A stretch of 64,000 bases of DNA from Epiperipatus broadwayi (GCA_028023455.1 JAQFVV010000005.1:17484001-17548000), one strand, 5' to 3'. Positions 1 to 15,022 are shown, numbered from the stretch's first letter. Program-made: numbers and translations. Notes: generated by a model not told the origin, from the sequence alone.

Positions 1-508
1 TAAAAGATTGCCTTGACAACAGTTTGAAATTGTTGATTGTATTGATATTGTCTAAGTGTTGACTGGTTTTTAATGATTATTTACAAACCCATTTAGCCTT
101 GAGAATTATTACTTTGAGTGAAATTTGAAATTTATAATTGCAATTTGTAATGTTATAATTGACTATTTATTAGTCTCAATTCAAAATAGGTTATATTTAC
201 CTGTTTAAAGAGATTTATTTAAACTTTTTTGTATCAATAATATTAATCTCTGTGGTCAAGTTGCAATCTTTAGTGTCTATATAAATATATTAGACCATTA
301 ATAAAAGTGGTATTCCATCTTTATTGTTAAAAGGAGGTTGCCTTGACAACAGATTGACATTGTTGATTGTACTGATATGGTTTTTAATGAAATTTATATA
401 CATACATATACATGCATGGAAAAAAATTAAAAGGAAATAACATTGCAATTAAAATTAAGTGAAAACTTTAAATATATATGTCTTCAGATATAATTTATTT
501 ATATTTAC

Positions 509-584
509 CTGGTAACCTTTCTACAAAATTAGATGGTACCAGCCCTCGCCGTCCATCAAGCATTTCTCCATCATAGAAACCATC
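509..584 (-). CDS. Rbp: RIMS-binding protein exon, C-terminal half of the first SH3 domain (DGFYDGEMLDGRRGLVPSNFVERLP)
   Basis: Acceptor ttttattttattag at 585-586 and donor GTAAAT at 507-508. 76 nt, phase 0 to 1. Carries the SH3 GLVPSNF motif and continues the 1101-895 exon in frame. Confidence 0.93.
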
Positions 585-894
585 CTAATAAAATAAAATC
601 AACCATTATTATTTTTATTAATAAACATAGTGATCTTGCATACCTTTTCTGCCTTCAGAATATTATTTTATTGACTTAAGCATTTTAAATCTTAAAGAAA
701 TACAAATTGAAAAAGAGCAGGATCCACAAAGCATATACAGAACTGAGAATTACCTCAAAATGAGAAGTCATAAAAGCCAACACTAAGAAATTATACACAA
801 TAGGGATCAGGAAAAATGTAAACAAGTACAGCAAATATTTATTTGGTTATACCCACAATCAGAACAATCAAGTAAAGAGGCACCAAGGCCTTAC

Positions 895-1101
895 CTCATC
901 CATTTCTCCATGCACTAACACATATTCCCCGGCATTGACAGCTAATTCAGATTCGGGATTCTCATTAGGGGAATGTGTTAGGGGATCATAGTTGTATCGA
1001 GCTACAAAAATGGCTACCCTTCCCCGCCCTGGTACATCCAAGTATGTCATAGTAGTAATGTTTTCATCTATAAATTCTTCTGCATCACCACCACTATCAA
1101 T
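895..1101 (-). CDS. Rbp: RIMS-binding protein exon, N-terminal half of the first SH3 domain (IDSGGDAEEF...IFVARYNYDPLTHSPNENPESELAVNAGEYVLVHGEMDE)
   Basis: Acceptor tttatttttttatag and donor GTAAGG. 207 nt, phase 0 to 0. The YDP..SPNENPE.EL...G.Y..V.G.MDEDGFY.GE pattern is typical of RIM-BP SH3 domains. Confidence 0.93.
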
Positions 1102-1725
1102 CTATAAAAAAAATAAACATGCATAATAAAGCCTATAATAAACATGCCTAATAAAACTTATATAGTGTCAATTGATTCAAGATATTTAGGCAAAGAAAAA
1201 GTGCACAATAAAAGAATACTAATAGTTTTTTTTTTGGTAGCATTTAGGACTGAAATTTATTGATTATAAAAGAATATAAATGTGCAGTAAAAGTAAAAAA
1301 CATATTATATGAATTCTGAAATTTGTTCAACAAATCACATTTCTTATTCATAGTGACAATAATTGGTAAATGCATAACTTTCTACTTGTGCAATCAAAAG
1401 TCACTAATTACAGAAATATTTTTACATATAAATGTATGATAAAAGCCTATTTAATTTAAAAAAACATTATACAAGTAATATATAAATATATAATCATAAT
1501 ATCAATCTTTCCAGTTTCCCTTTTATGAGGTCAAATAATATGGCAATGGTGTAAAAAGAAATACTTGGTTATGATGTAGCCTTAGTTCATAATATAAGAT
1601 ATACTTGTAAATTGAAGCAGAATAGCAAAAAGGATGGGATAGATGATGAGAATAGGTAATTCTAAAAAGATGCTATTCATATATTCATTAGGAGTTGATA
1701 TCAATGGTATTTAATAATAATTATT

Positions 1726-1940
1726 AACAGGCAAAACTCTCCATACAGTAGTGCCACCCTGTGCCAACCAGAGTAATCAATGGATGGTAGAAGGCTTGTG
1801 CATAAAATCCCCATATAGTACCTATTCATCCAATATCCCTAGACTAGTTTCTGGCTTGTGGCCTTTGTCAGTGAGGAGCCTTGTATCTGAGAGCGCTGCA
1901 CCTAGATCTTAGGATCTAATGCAATCCTCCAGCAGCCATC
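1726..1940 (-). mobile_element. Penelope-like element terminal-repeat fragment (family B) with a decayed hammerhead at 1837-1876
   Basis: Homologous to 32694-32910. The minus strand reads CCTCA CTGACAA AGGC CACAA GCC A GAAA CTAG TC TAGGG (core G to A change). Confidence 0.65.
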
Positions 1941-4900
1941 TTGTTTAGTGATTTAATAATAATAGTAATAGTAACATATACCTTAAATTATTTCAAAGAT
2001 GGTGACATTTAAAAATTTTCTATATAGCCCCAATTAAATTTTTTTGATTTATTAAAGGATTGCAAAAGATTTATAATAAAAAAAAGATGGATAATGGACA
2101 TAGTTTCACAAATGATAAAAAAAACAACAACATAAAAACGATTGTAATAAAATTAAAATCTGTAGAAGTAAAATATAATGCAATTTTCTTAAAAACAATT
2201 AATAAAACAATTTTATCCCCATTTATTAAAATATATCCATGTTTAAAAAGTGGTGATGGGGGGTGGGGTGGGTGGTCAAATACCAATGAAGCAGAAGTTT
2301 TTCCAACTTTTCCAAAGTAATTGACACTATGAATGAAAATATGCATATCAATAATCAGATCTTTTACACTGTTATATCAAATATCAATAACATAAACTCA
2401 AGTAAATGTCACTTGAAGCACTTTCCAATTAACACCCTTTTGTCAAAAAAAAAAATCAAATCATTAAATAATCTTCTATGAATTTTAAATAAGAAAGAGA
2501 CTATTTGATTATTCTAATATCTAAAATGTTTAATAAATAGTACTTGGTTTTTTTTTATTATTCTGTTCTGATATAAAAATATACAATGCAGCAAAATCTC
2601 TACATCCATTATTTTAAATATTATAGATTCATCAATTATTTAGCCATAGTTAAAACAAAATATTATTTGGAAATGCAAAGTATGTCTGCTAATATTACAA
2701 ACACACCAGAGGAAATCATATTTGGAATTGACAACTTTAATATAACTTAGACATTTCATCTTTGCATTTCATCATTATATAATTTTTAAATTACAACAAA
2801 ATTTATTAGAGATATGTATATATTGCATATGCATGGCAAACACATTTAAACTACAAGTGTGCATTTGTTATAAATATATAGCATATAGTAATGAATAAGA
2901 TATACATGTTATATTGAAAGCATGCTAGGTTGTAATATTACAGCTGAATATTTTTTTTAAAAAACTGCTTTTTCTGTAAATGTTTTAATTAACAGTCATG
3001 TACTACATTAGCTCAGAAAAAAAAAAGATTTATAGTTGAATTACAAATGATATATTAAATATGTACTATGAACCTTGATTCAAAGTAAATACTTGTATTA
3101 AATGAAAGTTCAATAGTTAATAAAATTTAAAAAAAATTCACTTCAAATGTATATAATAATATTAACCAAATGGTGACGATGATGATTTATAACATAAGTA
3201 CAAGACCTCCCAAAAATATTTTTGTTTTTCAATTTCAATAAAATAAAACTCTCAGGTGGCAAACCTTCTAACTAGAAAGTTTACTTTTGAAAAACTTATT
3301 AATACCTGATCATCATTATTTACAAATTATTACCACCATCCCTGCACGTCCCCAGTGGATTGCATGATTTCTCAGGGTTGTGGATAAAGTGTTATGTTTG
3401 AAATTATCAAGAAACAAACACAATTAAATGGATTAATAAAAAAATAATTTAACAATTTATTAACTGTATATAAATAAAAACTGTTGCATATATACTCACA
3501 ACTATTAATGCATATACAAAATATGAAGAATAATAGTAATAAAAATTATTTTTAATTTAAGTTTAAGGTCTTATAATATTAATAACATAAGATATTACCA
3601 TGTTAAATATTTAAACTGTTCCAAACCATGGTTTTCTGCAGATATTATTCTTTTAATATATTTATGGTCGTAATCACTATTTTGTTTTCCTTAGTTTTCC
3701 TAGTTTCTATCGATGTAAAGTTTTTTTCTCTAACATTATTAAACTGAAGTTATTGTACAAATTATCTAAAGTCAGTTTTTAAAAAAATTCAATATGGCAC
3801 CAGGACCATTAACTAGTTAAAATAGTGGCTATATTTGTTAGTGCATGCAATGTTATTATAGTCTAATTTATTGCTTTCATTTCAATAAATATATTTGTTC
3901 CTTATAAATCAGAAAAAATAGAGAAAATAATGTAATTAAGTTAATACTTAAAATATCTTAGCTCTTGTGGTGAATGTTTTAATCCTATAAAATAATATCT
4001 ATTGCTACAGATTATTCCTTATTATTATTCATTTCATTGATTTAGTAAATTTTTTAAAAATTTTCATAAGAGGGGAGTAGAGCAGTTAGCCATGACTATG
4101 ATTTTTTAAAACATATATATATATGTGATTTTTAAAAGAATAAATTTTTTTCATTTTAATCATATATAATTGCAGTCAAAAATCTGATTTTAAAAGAAAA
4201 TGAAATGTTGTGAATATTTGTTTCACGCGTAAAGTTGTTTTTTTCCATTTTAAGCTGTTTATTTTTTTTACAAAGTTGTTAAGATCAAGATCTGTTATTC
4301 ATATTTAAGTGAAAGATTATTTTAAATTAAAAAAAATGATTAAAATATTATAGGTAATTATTTTAGTTTTAATAATTGTCAAATAATGTGTTAATATGTA
4401 TTTAAAAGAACAAGGGAGATATAAGGTTTTAAGTTTAATAAAAAGTTTAATTATTTATGTTATATTATTATTTTTTCTTAATATTAAAGTTATTTTTAGA
4501 AATAGTTAAATGCAAGGCATTCAAAAACAAATGTTTAAAGGTGTGTGTGTAGGTATATAAAGTGAACCATGGAAAATTTTTATCATATGGTTTCTAGGAG
4601 ATAACCATAGCAAGTTCAGACATCATTAATTTTGTAGTAAGGGGGTTTTTTTACCCTTAATAAAAAAACTCAGACTTGATAAGAAACTTGATCCAACTAG
4701 ATTATTTTTAATAGATTTAAAAAATGGCCATAGTATTAAAATTATTAACCATGATAGTCAACTAGATAAAGATATTCTGAGAGGGCTTGTGAAGACTCTG
4801 TTCCAGTTGCTCATATTACTACCAACTCTGTGGCATAATGTTAAAATAAAACAAAAGTTTAAAATAAAATAAAAGCCCATCTAGTAAAAAAAAAATTTCT

Positions 4901-5883
4901 AAATCTAAGCATCGAAGAAGTAACATTTTAAAAATATCTGGAGGAAAAATGTTAATAGTTTATCAACATTTCCAAGAATTCTTAAATTTTTACATCCACC
5001 TGTAATCATCTAAACAAATTTCAAAAACAACACTTTTTATATAAAACTTTTAAAATTTAACCAAGATGAACTTTCTTTTAGTAATCTTCACTTTCCTACC
5101 TTGTCAACAATTATCAACTCGGAAACTCACTGAAAATCAGATTGAAAATAAACATTGAATTTAGAACTTTAAATAAAAACAAAAAAAGAAATAAAAAATA
5201 TTTTCATTAACAATAATTTTACTATGAATTGTTACGATGCATTTTTTTCTTCTTAGATCTCCCAAAGAAATGTTCTTTTAAAACAACAAAGGAAACATTA
5301 AAAAAAATTTTTTTTGCTTTATATGTAATGCATGTTTGCAAACATCCCATATAATAATTTTTGGTATGAATGCTTATTAGGGATTATATAATAATTGTTA
5401 AAATATATTTTCATTATAAACTTTAAATCTTATACATTATTACAGGATAAAAGAAATTGTGTTAATATATAGTGAGTCATTAAGGATACAAGTACTAAAG
5501 TAAGGCATTGGTTACTTTGTTTGATATGCAAATAATTTAAACAATGGGCTTCGTATACTTGGAATTGATATATGCAGTAATATATTTTTTATTTATATAA
5601 GAGATAGTGAATTCATCTTATGGCAAACTTGTTTTATCTGAGAGATGCAAATTCCTCTTATTGTGTAGCTATGTCATTTTTTATGCAAGAAATGATAAAA
5701 TTCCAATGTGCATGAAATATGTAGTAATATATTTACTTTACTTTTGCTACTTATTAAATAAGCCATTACTTGTGATCCTAAGTTTGTATGTTTAGAAGCT
5801 TCATATATTATATTTTGCATCAGTAGATAAGTTCAATGTATTATTAAAAAAACTTTTACCTGTGAAATATGTATAAAACTATA

Positions 5884-6100
5884 TTAAAACAGGCAAAACT
5901 CACTATATGTATTGCCACACACAACAAGCTAGAGTAATCAATGGATGCCAGAAGACTTGGGCATAAAATCCCCATCTAGCGCCTACTCATCCAATAGCCC
6001 CAGACTAGTTTCTTGTGGCAATACGTATAGTGAGTTTTGCCTGTTTTAACAAGTTATACACAAGCATAAGAAGTGGTGGTCATGTGATATAAAACTATAT
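5884..6100. mobile_element. Family B Penelope-like fragment with an inverted terminal arm
   Basis: The 5884-5919 arm is the reverse complement of 6014-6049. The junction falls inside the hammerhead stem II at TGTGGC microhomology. The tail matches 33078-33120. Confidence 0.6.
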
Positions 6101-9100
6101 TCTAAATTAGTTACTTATTTTATTAGTAAATAATTATAATACTTTTTTATATAATCCTGGTTAAGATTTTTTTATTCAGTTTATAGAAAACAGTGCTGAA
6201 TATAAATAGTACTATTTCATTTTGGATTTTTTTTTTGATTTTTCTTTAATACTTTGAAAAGCTGTAGTAACTTCATAAAAATGTTTGTTATTAATGATAA
6301 TATGAAATCATTTAAATGTCAATAAAATGTATATATTTTTAAAATTAAATTTGGTTTTTGTATATTTTCATTATAAGGTCAACACTTATCATTGATTTAC
6401 AGTAGCACTATTAGATTTGCTATGACATTTTGATATTTACTTTGAGATATTAAGTACCTACATACTACTAATTTCTTTTGTCTAGCTATATTAAATTACT
6501 ATTAGGTATTATAATATAAAAAGGTTGATATTCGTTTACTTATTCTAAATATACTTCAAGATCAATAAAATACATCTTTGATTTCAATGTATATTTTTAT
6601 AAAATACTTACATATGTATGATAGAAGTTTTAGATATAAATATATTTTATTTTTTAGTTATCCAGAAGTGAGAGATTTATTATTATTGATCTATTAGTTA
6701 CAGTTACAGTTTTCGGCTTAATCAGTTCATAGGGAATATTAAGTGTGAAAAGCCAACTCACTTCCCCCATTATTTTATACATGGTAGTTGTGCCATTCAA
6801 ATATGTGAAACATTTGAGGAGCAGTTTCCCACATTATTTACTGTTACAATATATATAGAGAAGCATAAATAAGGAGAGGGGAATATATTAGTGAATAGAA
6901 AAGTTGAGAAGCTGTGACGGGAGAAAAGGGAAAGAAATAAGTGATATCGGAATTCAGTTCTAGCTGTTAAGTTGTTTAACATTGGAGCATAGTGTGGCTG
7001 TATAAAAGTACCCCCCCCCTTTAAGCAATACATAATTTGACTATGCCAAATATCAATTCATTCCTCTTATGTGCTATAACATTTGAAATAGCTGCCTGCC
7101 TCATTATTGCCTCCAAGTTATTCTGAAAATTGTGATAAAAGCTTGGCTTATCTAGATAAAATGTACTATGTCCTCATTATATATATAGCATACTGTTAGC
7201 CAATGTGTTGCTTGTTAAAAAAAACACTGTAACAAATATATCAAAAAGAACAATGCTTAATTGAGAAGATTCTGTGAACAAGACTACACGACCTGCAAAA
7301 TTACAAAGGAATCCGGAAAGTGATCTGAAATGTTAACCTGGACCAGTCTTAAATCAAAGACTTTAGTGTAATGTAATGAACTATAGAATCTGCATAAAAT
7401 ATCTGTAAGATTATGAATCATTGCAACATCCACAGTAAGATAGGTATTATTAATATGATTTCATTTTTTTTTTTTGTTATATTATTTTGTATAAAATTTA
7501 TTTTGGCCAGTATACATTATAATGAACACCATGTTATTAATGAATGTTTTGAATCATCAGACAATTTTTTTTTAATCTCATGGATAATTATTTGGCTATA
7601 TTATTCTTATGTGCATATCAATGTATTTGCAATTTTATGATGTTTATTATTATTATTATTTTCTTTTTTTTTCATTAGGTAGTTAAACAAATTTTGGTAT
7701 TAAATATAACAGAAAACATTTAGTTGTTTGTTAATTTTTTTTCACTATCTCATTCCACAAATTAGTATCATAGACAAACCATATCATCAGCATTATTTCG
7801 AGTGGGGACAGAATCCATTCTTTAAACTGTGCTACCACAAGAATGTTAGCAGAGATGTTATTAGGATTGTGAAGCTGAGGCTTATCTCGATTGTGCTCAT
7901 TTAATGTGTCATTGGTTCTTCTGTAATGGAAGATAGTGCCCTGAAACCCTGGTCATTGCCATGAGTTTAATTTTAAGGTACCGGTGCGAAATGATCTTAT
8001 GTTCAACCATCAGATAGTTAATTATCAAAAAATGATGATGATCAGGAAATATAGCTTGTGTTTATAGTGAGCCTGTAGGAGCAATAAATAGATGCTTGCT
8101 TGATCATCATCAATCCTAAATGTGGCCATAGAAAATATTAATAATAAGTGAGGGGTTGTGGGCAACACTGTTAATTCCTTGGACATAAATGTTTCTTTAA
8201 CAGTAAGTTATAGGCTATTTTTCACTACAATACATATAAACATCTGTATTGTGTATACTTCAAAACTATATATTATAAAATTTTCACTACTATGTCTTAA
8301 TGTGCATAATTTTTAAATTACAATAAATTGTATCATAAGTAAATACAAATTATATATACCTATTAAGTGTCTATATTATAAATATTCATGTGTGTTAAAA
8401 ATATATAGTATATAGGATTCTATTTTTATTGATATTTTATTATGTATAATTTTTAAATTATAATAAATTGTATCATAAATTGTATGTGTGTGTGTTAAAA
8501 ATATTTGTATTACATACTATATATGTATATCAAATGCTAAAAGCTAAACTAATCAATATAATAAATCAGATCAATTCATAATAATTAGCCAAAATTAAAT
8601 TACAATTCCATTATCAATGACTTCCCTATCAAGATAGACTTCTCAAGGGTAACACAAATATCAAACAATAATATGTATTTGTTTTATGCTTATATAACTT
8701 TGCACTTGAGAAATCTGTCTTAGCAGAAATCACACATTTCCAATTATTCATAAAAAAATTTGGAACTAAATGGGGTAGATATGGTAGTCCTATTGTTTTT
8801 TAGACAGTTTTACATTGTCATTTAAATTGATGTACAATAAGTACTGTGTTTATAAATAGGTATTCAAAATTGCACATATTAAAATTATGGTTATTTAAAT
8901 TTTCAGGTTAAAAACAAAGATGATTTATGTTGAAAGTACAAGGGTTGTGTTGTTGAATCATTATATCCTTTATTTAATCAAAAAAAAAAAAAAACACATT
9001 AATCTCAAACAAGTTAAAAGGTGAAGTCCCATATTAATGGCAATTTAGCTGTATTTTTAGATTCTGCATATTTTTTAATATACTCTAATAGAAAACAAAT

Positions 9101-12100
9101 TATTTTTGAAATAATTACTATTTAAATCTTAAAAAGCAAAAAAAACAACAACTTTGAATTATCTGGGATAAACAAATTTTCATTATTGACTATCTTTATG
9201 AAAAGAAACTATCTACTTCTTATTTAATGAAGACATTAAAAAGTTTAAGGCAAATAGCTAGTTTAAAAATAAAATAACCCCTACATATACAAACATTAAA
9301 AAAATTTGTTGAAAATAATTCAAAATAATAATCAGAGAATTCTCTTTATATTTACTTCTGAAAAACTAGTTATTTTTAAATTGTCATAAAATACATCCAG
9401 TACCATAGTCAAATCTTTTGAGCCTTTATACAAAAAATGTTTTGGGCTCTGGAGTAATGTATTTGTTTATAGACCCAATAAAGTAGTATTCTCTCATGCA
9501 TTAGGGCCCTAGACTTTGATGACTTTTGCTTTATGCTAGCTAAGCCCTTGTATCAAGATAGACCACATTTTACTTTTAAATGATTTTATTTAATGAAATA
9601 TTTCTGTTTGTTTATGTGAGTCAAATCTTATAACCAATTTTTAATCTACTTCTACCAAACAAATTTTATTCAAATTTTATACACATTCAGTTTTTATCAC
9701 AATGCAATATTTCAGATTTATCCAATCTAACATGTATACGTGGGCTAAGTTTTGAGACTTTTACAATAGATGGTGCTATACTTTTTAAGAAAATGTTTTC
9801 ATTTAATTTAACGACTAAAGTACTAAAAAGCAAAATGTTGAAGAAATTTTAGAGATTTTCACAGTTAAGTAAAATAGAAAAAAAAAAGAAATGAAAAATG
9901 AAATCTTAATTTCTCTTTGATTGTTTACATAAAATTTGCTTTTTTAACTGCTATTTTAATAAAAATAAAAATATTGTAACCAATTTTTAATTTACTTCAA
10001 ACAAATGAATTTTCTTAAAATATTATATGTCTTCATTATAGATAAGAATGCAATATTTCAGGCTAACAGGGTTGGTGTGTTTAATTTTGAATACTGGAAA
10101 TATGATATTTTTTAGATTCTCAGTTTTTAAATATGAATAGCTTTCCTATTTATAATAAATGATTTTGAGAAATTGAAGTGATACAGAGATAAAGTTCTTA
10201 ACAATAAATCAGTTGAAATATCCAAAGAATAAAAAATAATATATATATATTTTATAAAAAAATATTTTATTTCATTTGATAACTAATGCATTTAAAAAAA
10301 AATCATAAAATGTTTTCTTTAACCATAATTTTACTTAATATATGTAACTTTAAATAAAATCATAAGGCATTTATAAATTAATTAATTCAGTCAATAATAG
10401 ACTAATTTAGTTTGGTCACAATATCTTAAATTTTTTTAAAATTAATTAATGAATGCCTCATGATTAGATTTCAAGTTCATCAAATGAAATAAAAGTGTTT
10501 ATTTTTAAAAATATTTTTTATAAATGTTATTTTTTTTATGGATTAAATGAAATAATAAATCAATGTTTCATATATGAATGTTCAATATATTTTCATATAT
10601 ATACAAATATTTCTAATATTTAATATAAATATATATTTATTCAGTATTAAAATATTATCCATCATTACATATATAACATATGTTTATTTATTTAGAGTTT
10701 TAAAAGTGAGTGAAATATCTCTACTCTATACATTTAATATCAGTTATTTAAAAAAAATCAATTTACATTAAAATATATAGGCAGATTTAAGGTTGCTCTC
10801 TGGCTGTTATTGTTCTGGATAACTCTAAATAAAAAGATCTAAAATATGGTAAGAAATAATCCACTTTCTTCCTGTAAAAAGTTATTGAACATGGCAGCTA
10901 GAGGACAGTTCAATTATTATTTAAAATAGATTTGGCAAATTTCACATGACATATATATATATATTGTAATGATCAGATTAACATATTTCTTCAACATTTT
11001 ACATTTTCTCTATTTACTTATTTACATTAAATAATTTACATGGGCACCACCTGGCTTTAAGCATTAGGAAATAGACTAACACATATATATTTAAAACAAT
11101 ATTTTATTGAATATAACCATTACGCAGCCCCATTTGTAATGCTGGGCAAAATCATGAAGAACATAAGTTACTCCTGAGGAATGATCATAGACCAAGCAAT
11201 CTTGCATAAGCAAAGTAACAAATGATGTAATACTATTTATTTACAAGTGTACTTATTAATTAATGACCAATTTATTTTCTTTAATAAAATTAACAAATCA
11301 TATAACAATAACTTTTTACAAAGTATAATCATTAATTCATATGCAATTTATTTCTTTAACAAAATCCTTTAATCTTCATACGTCATAGTATCAATATATT
11401 CATAATGTCATATTAGCTGTACCTTTAACTCTGCCTCCAATAAAATTAAATATAATCTATGCATGCATGAATTCATAAATATAACATTTCTTTGACTCTC
11501 ATGTTTCCTAGTACTTACACATACATATGTCCTATATGGGATAGACATCAATGCTATCTTTATTGCAATAATCATAAGGAATGGTTTTCTTGAGATTCTA
11601 TTCCTAAACATAACTGCTTATATAATAAAAACTATAAAAAGATGACTTTTTGGTAATAACCTTACCCGAATAAACCTTCTATATATAATAATTATAAGGA
11701 GTGATCCTTTTTGGTCCTAAATCTAATTTAATACAACTAGAAACGGGGATAATTCATTTTGAGATTGATCTCTAACTCATCAAACTGATAGGAATGTATT
11801 CTTCCATATGGATGTGAACATATGTAAACTATTAAACATTGAACAAACAACTGCGCATATATAAATCCATCTACATAAAATCCAATTTTCAGTAATCAAA
11901 TATAGGTTTAACTACAAAGGAATGAGACTAATGGAAATAATTACATCATTAATTACAGTTATTTGTGATTTAGGCATCTATGTGTGTACATTGCATTTAC
12001 ATGATTATCTGCATTTACATGATTATCATTATTTATTTATCTTTTCTCTTATTAATAACTTATAAAAATTCTTATGCTTAACATATGTATGTGATATAAT

Positions 12101-12279
12101 TATTTTTTTTTAAAAACAAAAAAAGATTTAACAAATAAAGAGAAGTTACTACAAATTCATTACCCTTATTTTTTTTAAACTAATAGTTTTTTCAAAATAA
12201 TATTCAGATAACAAGTGTTATTTACAAATTCAGATTAGTTAAAATAAAGTACAAATCTGACTTCAATTATAAGACTCAC

Positions 12280-12309
12280 CAAAACCAAATAATAGTCCTT
12301 TACTTCTTT
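12280..12309 (-). CDS. Candidate 30-nt cassette microexon (KEVKDYYLVL in phase 0)
   Basis: Acceptor tatttgtcag and donor TTG|GTGAGT. Frame-preserving between the 13458 and 1101 exons. No transcript evidence is available. Confidence 0.28.
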
Positions 12310-12838
12310 CTGACAAATATTAAATGTCTGTATAGATTCGCAGCCAGTTATTCAAAATGTGATTCAAATGAGATCCAGATTAGATCTAAATAACTGTTAA
12401 TAGTGTTCTTCCTTTTTATTCACAAGGCATAGTCAATCCTGGGATTTGAATGAAATAATATTCCCTTCCTCAAAAGAAAATTAAAAAAAAAAGGCTTTTA
12501 TATCCAAAACTTAATTTCTTCTTGAATCTTTTTGTAGTTCTTTTTTTATAATAGATTGTTCATTTCAATATATATTGGAAGAGATCAAAACATAAATCTA
12601 ATTTTTCTTCAACCTATATTTTTTTTATAAAATATTGTGCTTAATTTTTATTTAATTAATGTAGTACTGTACAATAATATTTTTAAAGCCTCTATGCATA
12701 TTTTTTAATACTAAAAAAAAATCAAACACTTTATTGCTCAGGAGATTATAAAAAGTTTAAATATTGGAAGTGAAAGAGCTGAGCTGCAAACCATAACCTT
12801 TGAGCTCTACCACTGTAACAAATATTCACTATGTTTTT

Positions 12839-12946
12839 TTTTTTTAAGTGTCATAGCATCGGCCGGGACGCGAACCCGCAACCCAGGCAACTTCCTGCTA
12901 GTGCAAGGCAGTTGCGCTGACCTCTCGACCACCACCAATGCAAGAC
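12839..12946 (-). mobile_element. tRNA-Gly-derived short SINE with poly(A) tail
   Basis: Head GCATTGGTGGTGGTCGAGAGG...GGTTCGCGTCCCGGCCGATGC with A and B boxes and acceptor stem. 16-bp TSD TATTCACTATGTTTTT at 12823-12838 and 12947-12962. Confidence 0.82.
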
Positions 12947-13457
12947 TATTCACTATGTTTTTAATACTGAAATTCTGCAATCATGATTTATTCAAAAACA
13001 TTGATAAATTGAAAAGGATCAGGAATCAAAACTTGTACAATCTTAATATAATGAAAAATGTCTGCTTTTCACATTTAATGTTTGCCGTGTATAAACTTTA
13101 TTATTATGTGTTGTTTCTATTGGCTATAAATCTTCTTTTGACTTTTTGTTTTTTTTGTTAAAGAAGAAAGATCTGTGAAGAAGATTACTAGACAACTAGA
13201 TCAGTAATAAAATTTAAATAAACATTAAGTATGAAAAGCAGATATTTTACTTTGTATTTAATATAGAATGAGATTAATGAATTACAGATGTCAAATAAAA
13301 ATATACAAAGTTAAAAGAAAAAGATAATATTGTTTAATTTAGAATTTGCATCCAATATGAAATACTGTGTTATAATATGCAAATGCTCAGAAAATTAAAA
13401 TCATTTAATTCAGTACATAATTATTAAACTTTAGCACAGGACTTAAGCAATACTCAC

Positions 13458-13561
13458 CATTTTATTGGATGAAATAATAGAACTGAGCCTTGTGGCGGAA
13501 GAAGGTAGAGCTGGCATTATGTTTCGTCCACTTCTGATGTAAGTTTGACGAAGACCTAATG
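13458..13561 (-). CDS. Rbp: RIM-BP linker exon (LGLRQTYIRSGRNIMPALPSSATRLSSIISSNKM)
   Basis: Acceptor tctttatatttattag and donor GTGAGT. 104 nt, phase 1 to 0, open, and bridges the phases of the upstream and SH3 exons. Confidence 0.78.
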
Positions 13562-14940
13562 CTAATAAATATAAAGAATAGTATTAAGTGAAAGAATCAA
13601 AAATTAAATCTATATGGTATTATTTTAATTAATAAAAATTAATATTTTTAACTATAAAATTCCTTTTTTTAAAAAAAAAAGAAAGAAAGAATAGTATTCT
13701 GGTGAAAGCTATATCATATTAATGTTAAGATTTTACTTCATGGTAAAAGAAATGACTGATACTCATTATCCGATGTATGTACCAGGCAAGAACTGACAGA
13801 TTTCTATTTACTGATCAACACTGAATGGCTAGCTAATTTAGCTATGGATTAACTATAAGAACAACATCTGGTTTGCTTAGGAAAGTTTCAGCTATCTGAA
13901 GAAAATCGTCAACCTCTACTCAGTTTGAATATCAGGACATTATATGCTTAGTTAATAGCAAGCTAACTACTACACTAAAAAATCTGTCAAAAATTTAGAC
14001 TTTGAATTATTACTTTTACTAATCCTATAACTCTTATCCTCCTACATATAAAAAAATTAAAAACTTCATAAAATTATTTGAGAATCTTATCAAACATGCA
14101 GATCTGGATTAATGATAAGTCTCATTCAACTTAAAAACAATTTAAAACTTTCAATGAACAATAAAGATATTATTATTGAAAATGTTTTCTTTAACATTAT
14201 AAAATGTCATTAGTGAATATTTTTTCATCATATTTGTGCCTTTTTATTCATATTCATTTTTGTATTTATTTTTCTCTAATCATTTTATCTGTTTTCTTTT
14301 TCTATCCCACATAATAATGAAATTAAATTCTCTACACATTGTTTCTTCTATAAATATATTTTGACTATTGTATAACTTTTCTAGCCTATGATATTCATTA
14401 ATTTTGTCACATAATCCAAGAAAACACTCCCTTTTTTTTACTAATCTAATTTTATTCCAAACAGTTTAATTCCCTTTTAGTTTCTTCCATTAAAAAAGTG
14501 CAACCCATTTCCTCTGCATGATATTATTTGCTGACGACAATTCAACTACAATGCATATATTTTATTTACTTTTTTTTTAATTGAGTAATGTAAAATGGTT
14601 AGATGAAGTCAAAAGTTTAGCGGTATGTTTAGAGACCATGTCAGCTAAGTTAAATATTCTTTCCATAGTAAACTCATCTGTCTCTTAGTTTTGATTAGTC
14701 ATCATTCTTTGTAACATTTTTTGAATATAAAATTGTTTCATAAATTAGACTATCGTATTCTCTTCTTCCTAATTTTTGTTATAATGATTTCATTAAAAAA
14801 AATCTTAAAATCTTTATACCTTTTTCATTATTCTATATCTTTGAATCTTGCCTGCTTTCCCCATAATTTATCCTGATTCTTTTTCAACATTTATCACTCC
14901 AAAAAAGATGTTCAATGCTTTCTGTTACACCTTCAAATAA

Positions 14941-14985
14941 ATTAGGTCATGTGACATCTGACTTGATTTTTTTTTTGTAAATCAC
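14941..14985 (+). repeat. 3' tail fragment of hammerhead/Penelope-like family A
   Basis: attaggtcatgtgacatctgacttgattttttttttgtaa matches 26527-26562 and the reverse complement of 60718-60755. Confidence 0.7.
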
Positions 14986-15022
14986 ATAATCTATAGTCTA
15001 TTTCAGTAATGAAGTCACTTAC

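Noticed and set aside
12855-12941. Functional tRNA-Gly gene
   Set aside because: The anticodon/variable region is expanded, and the poly(A) tail and TSD indicate a SINE.
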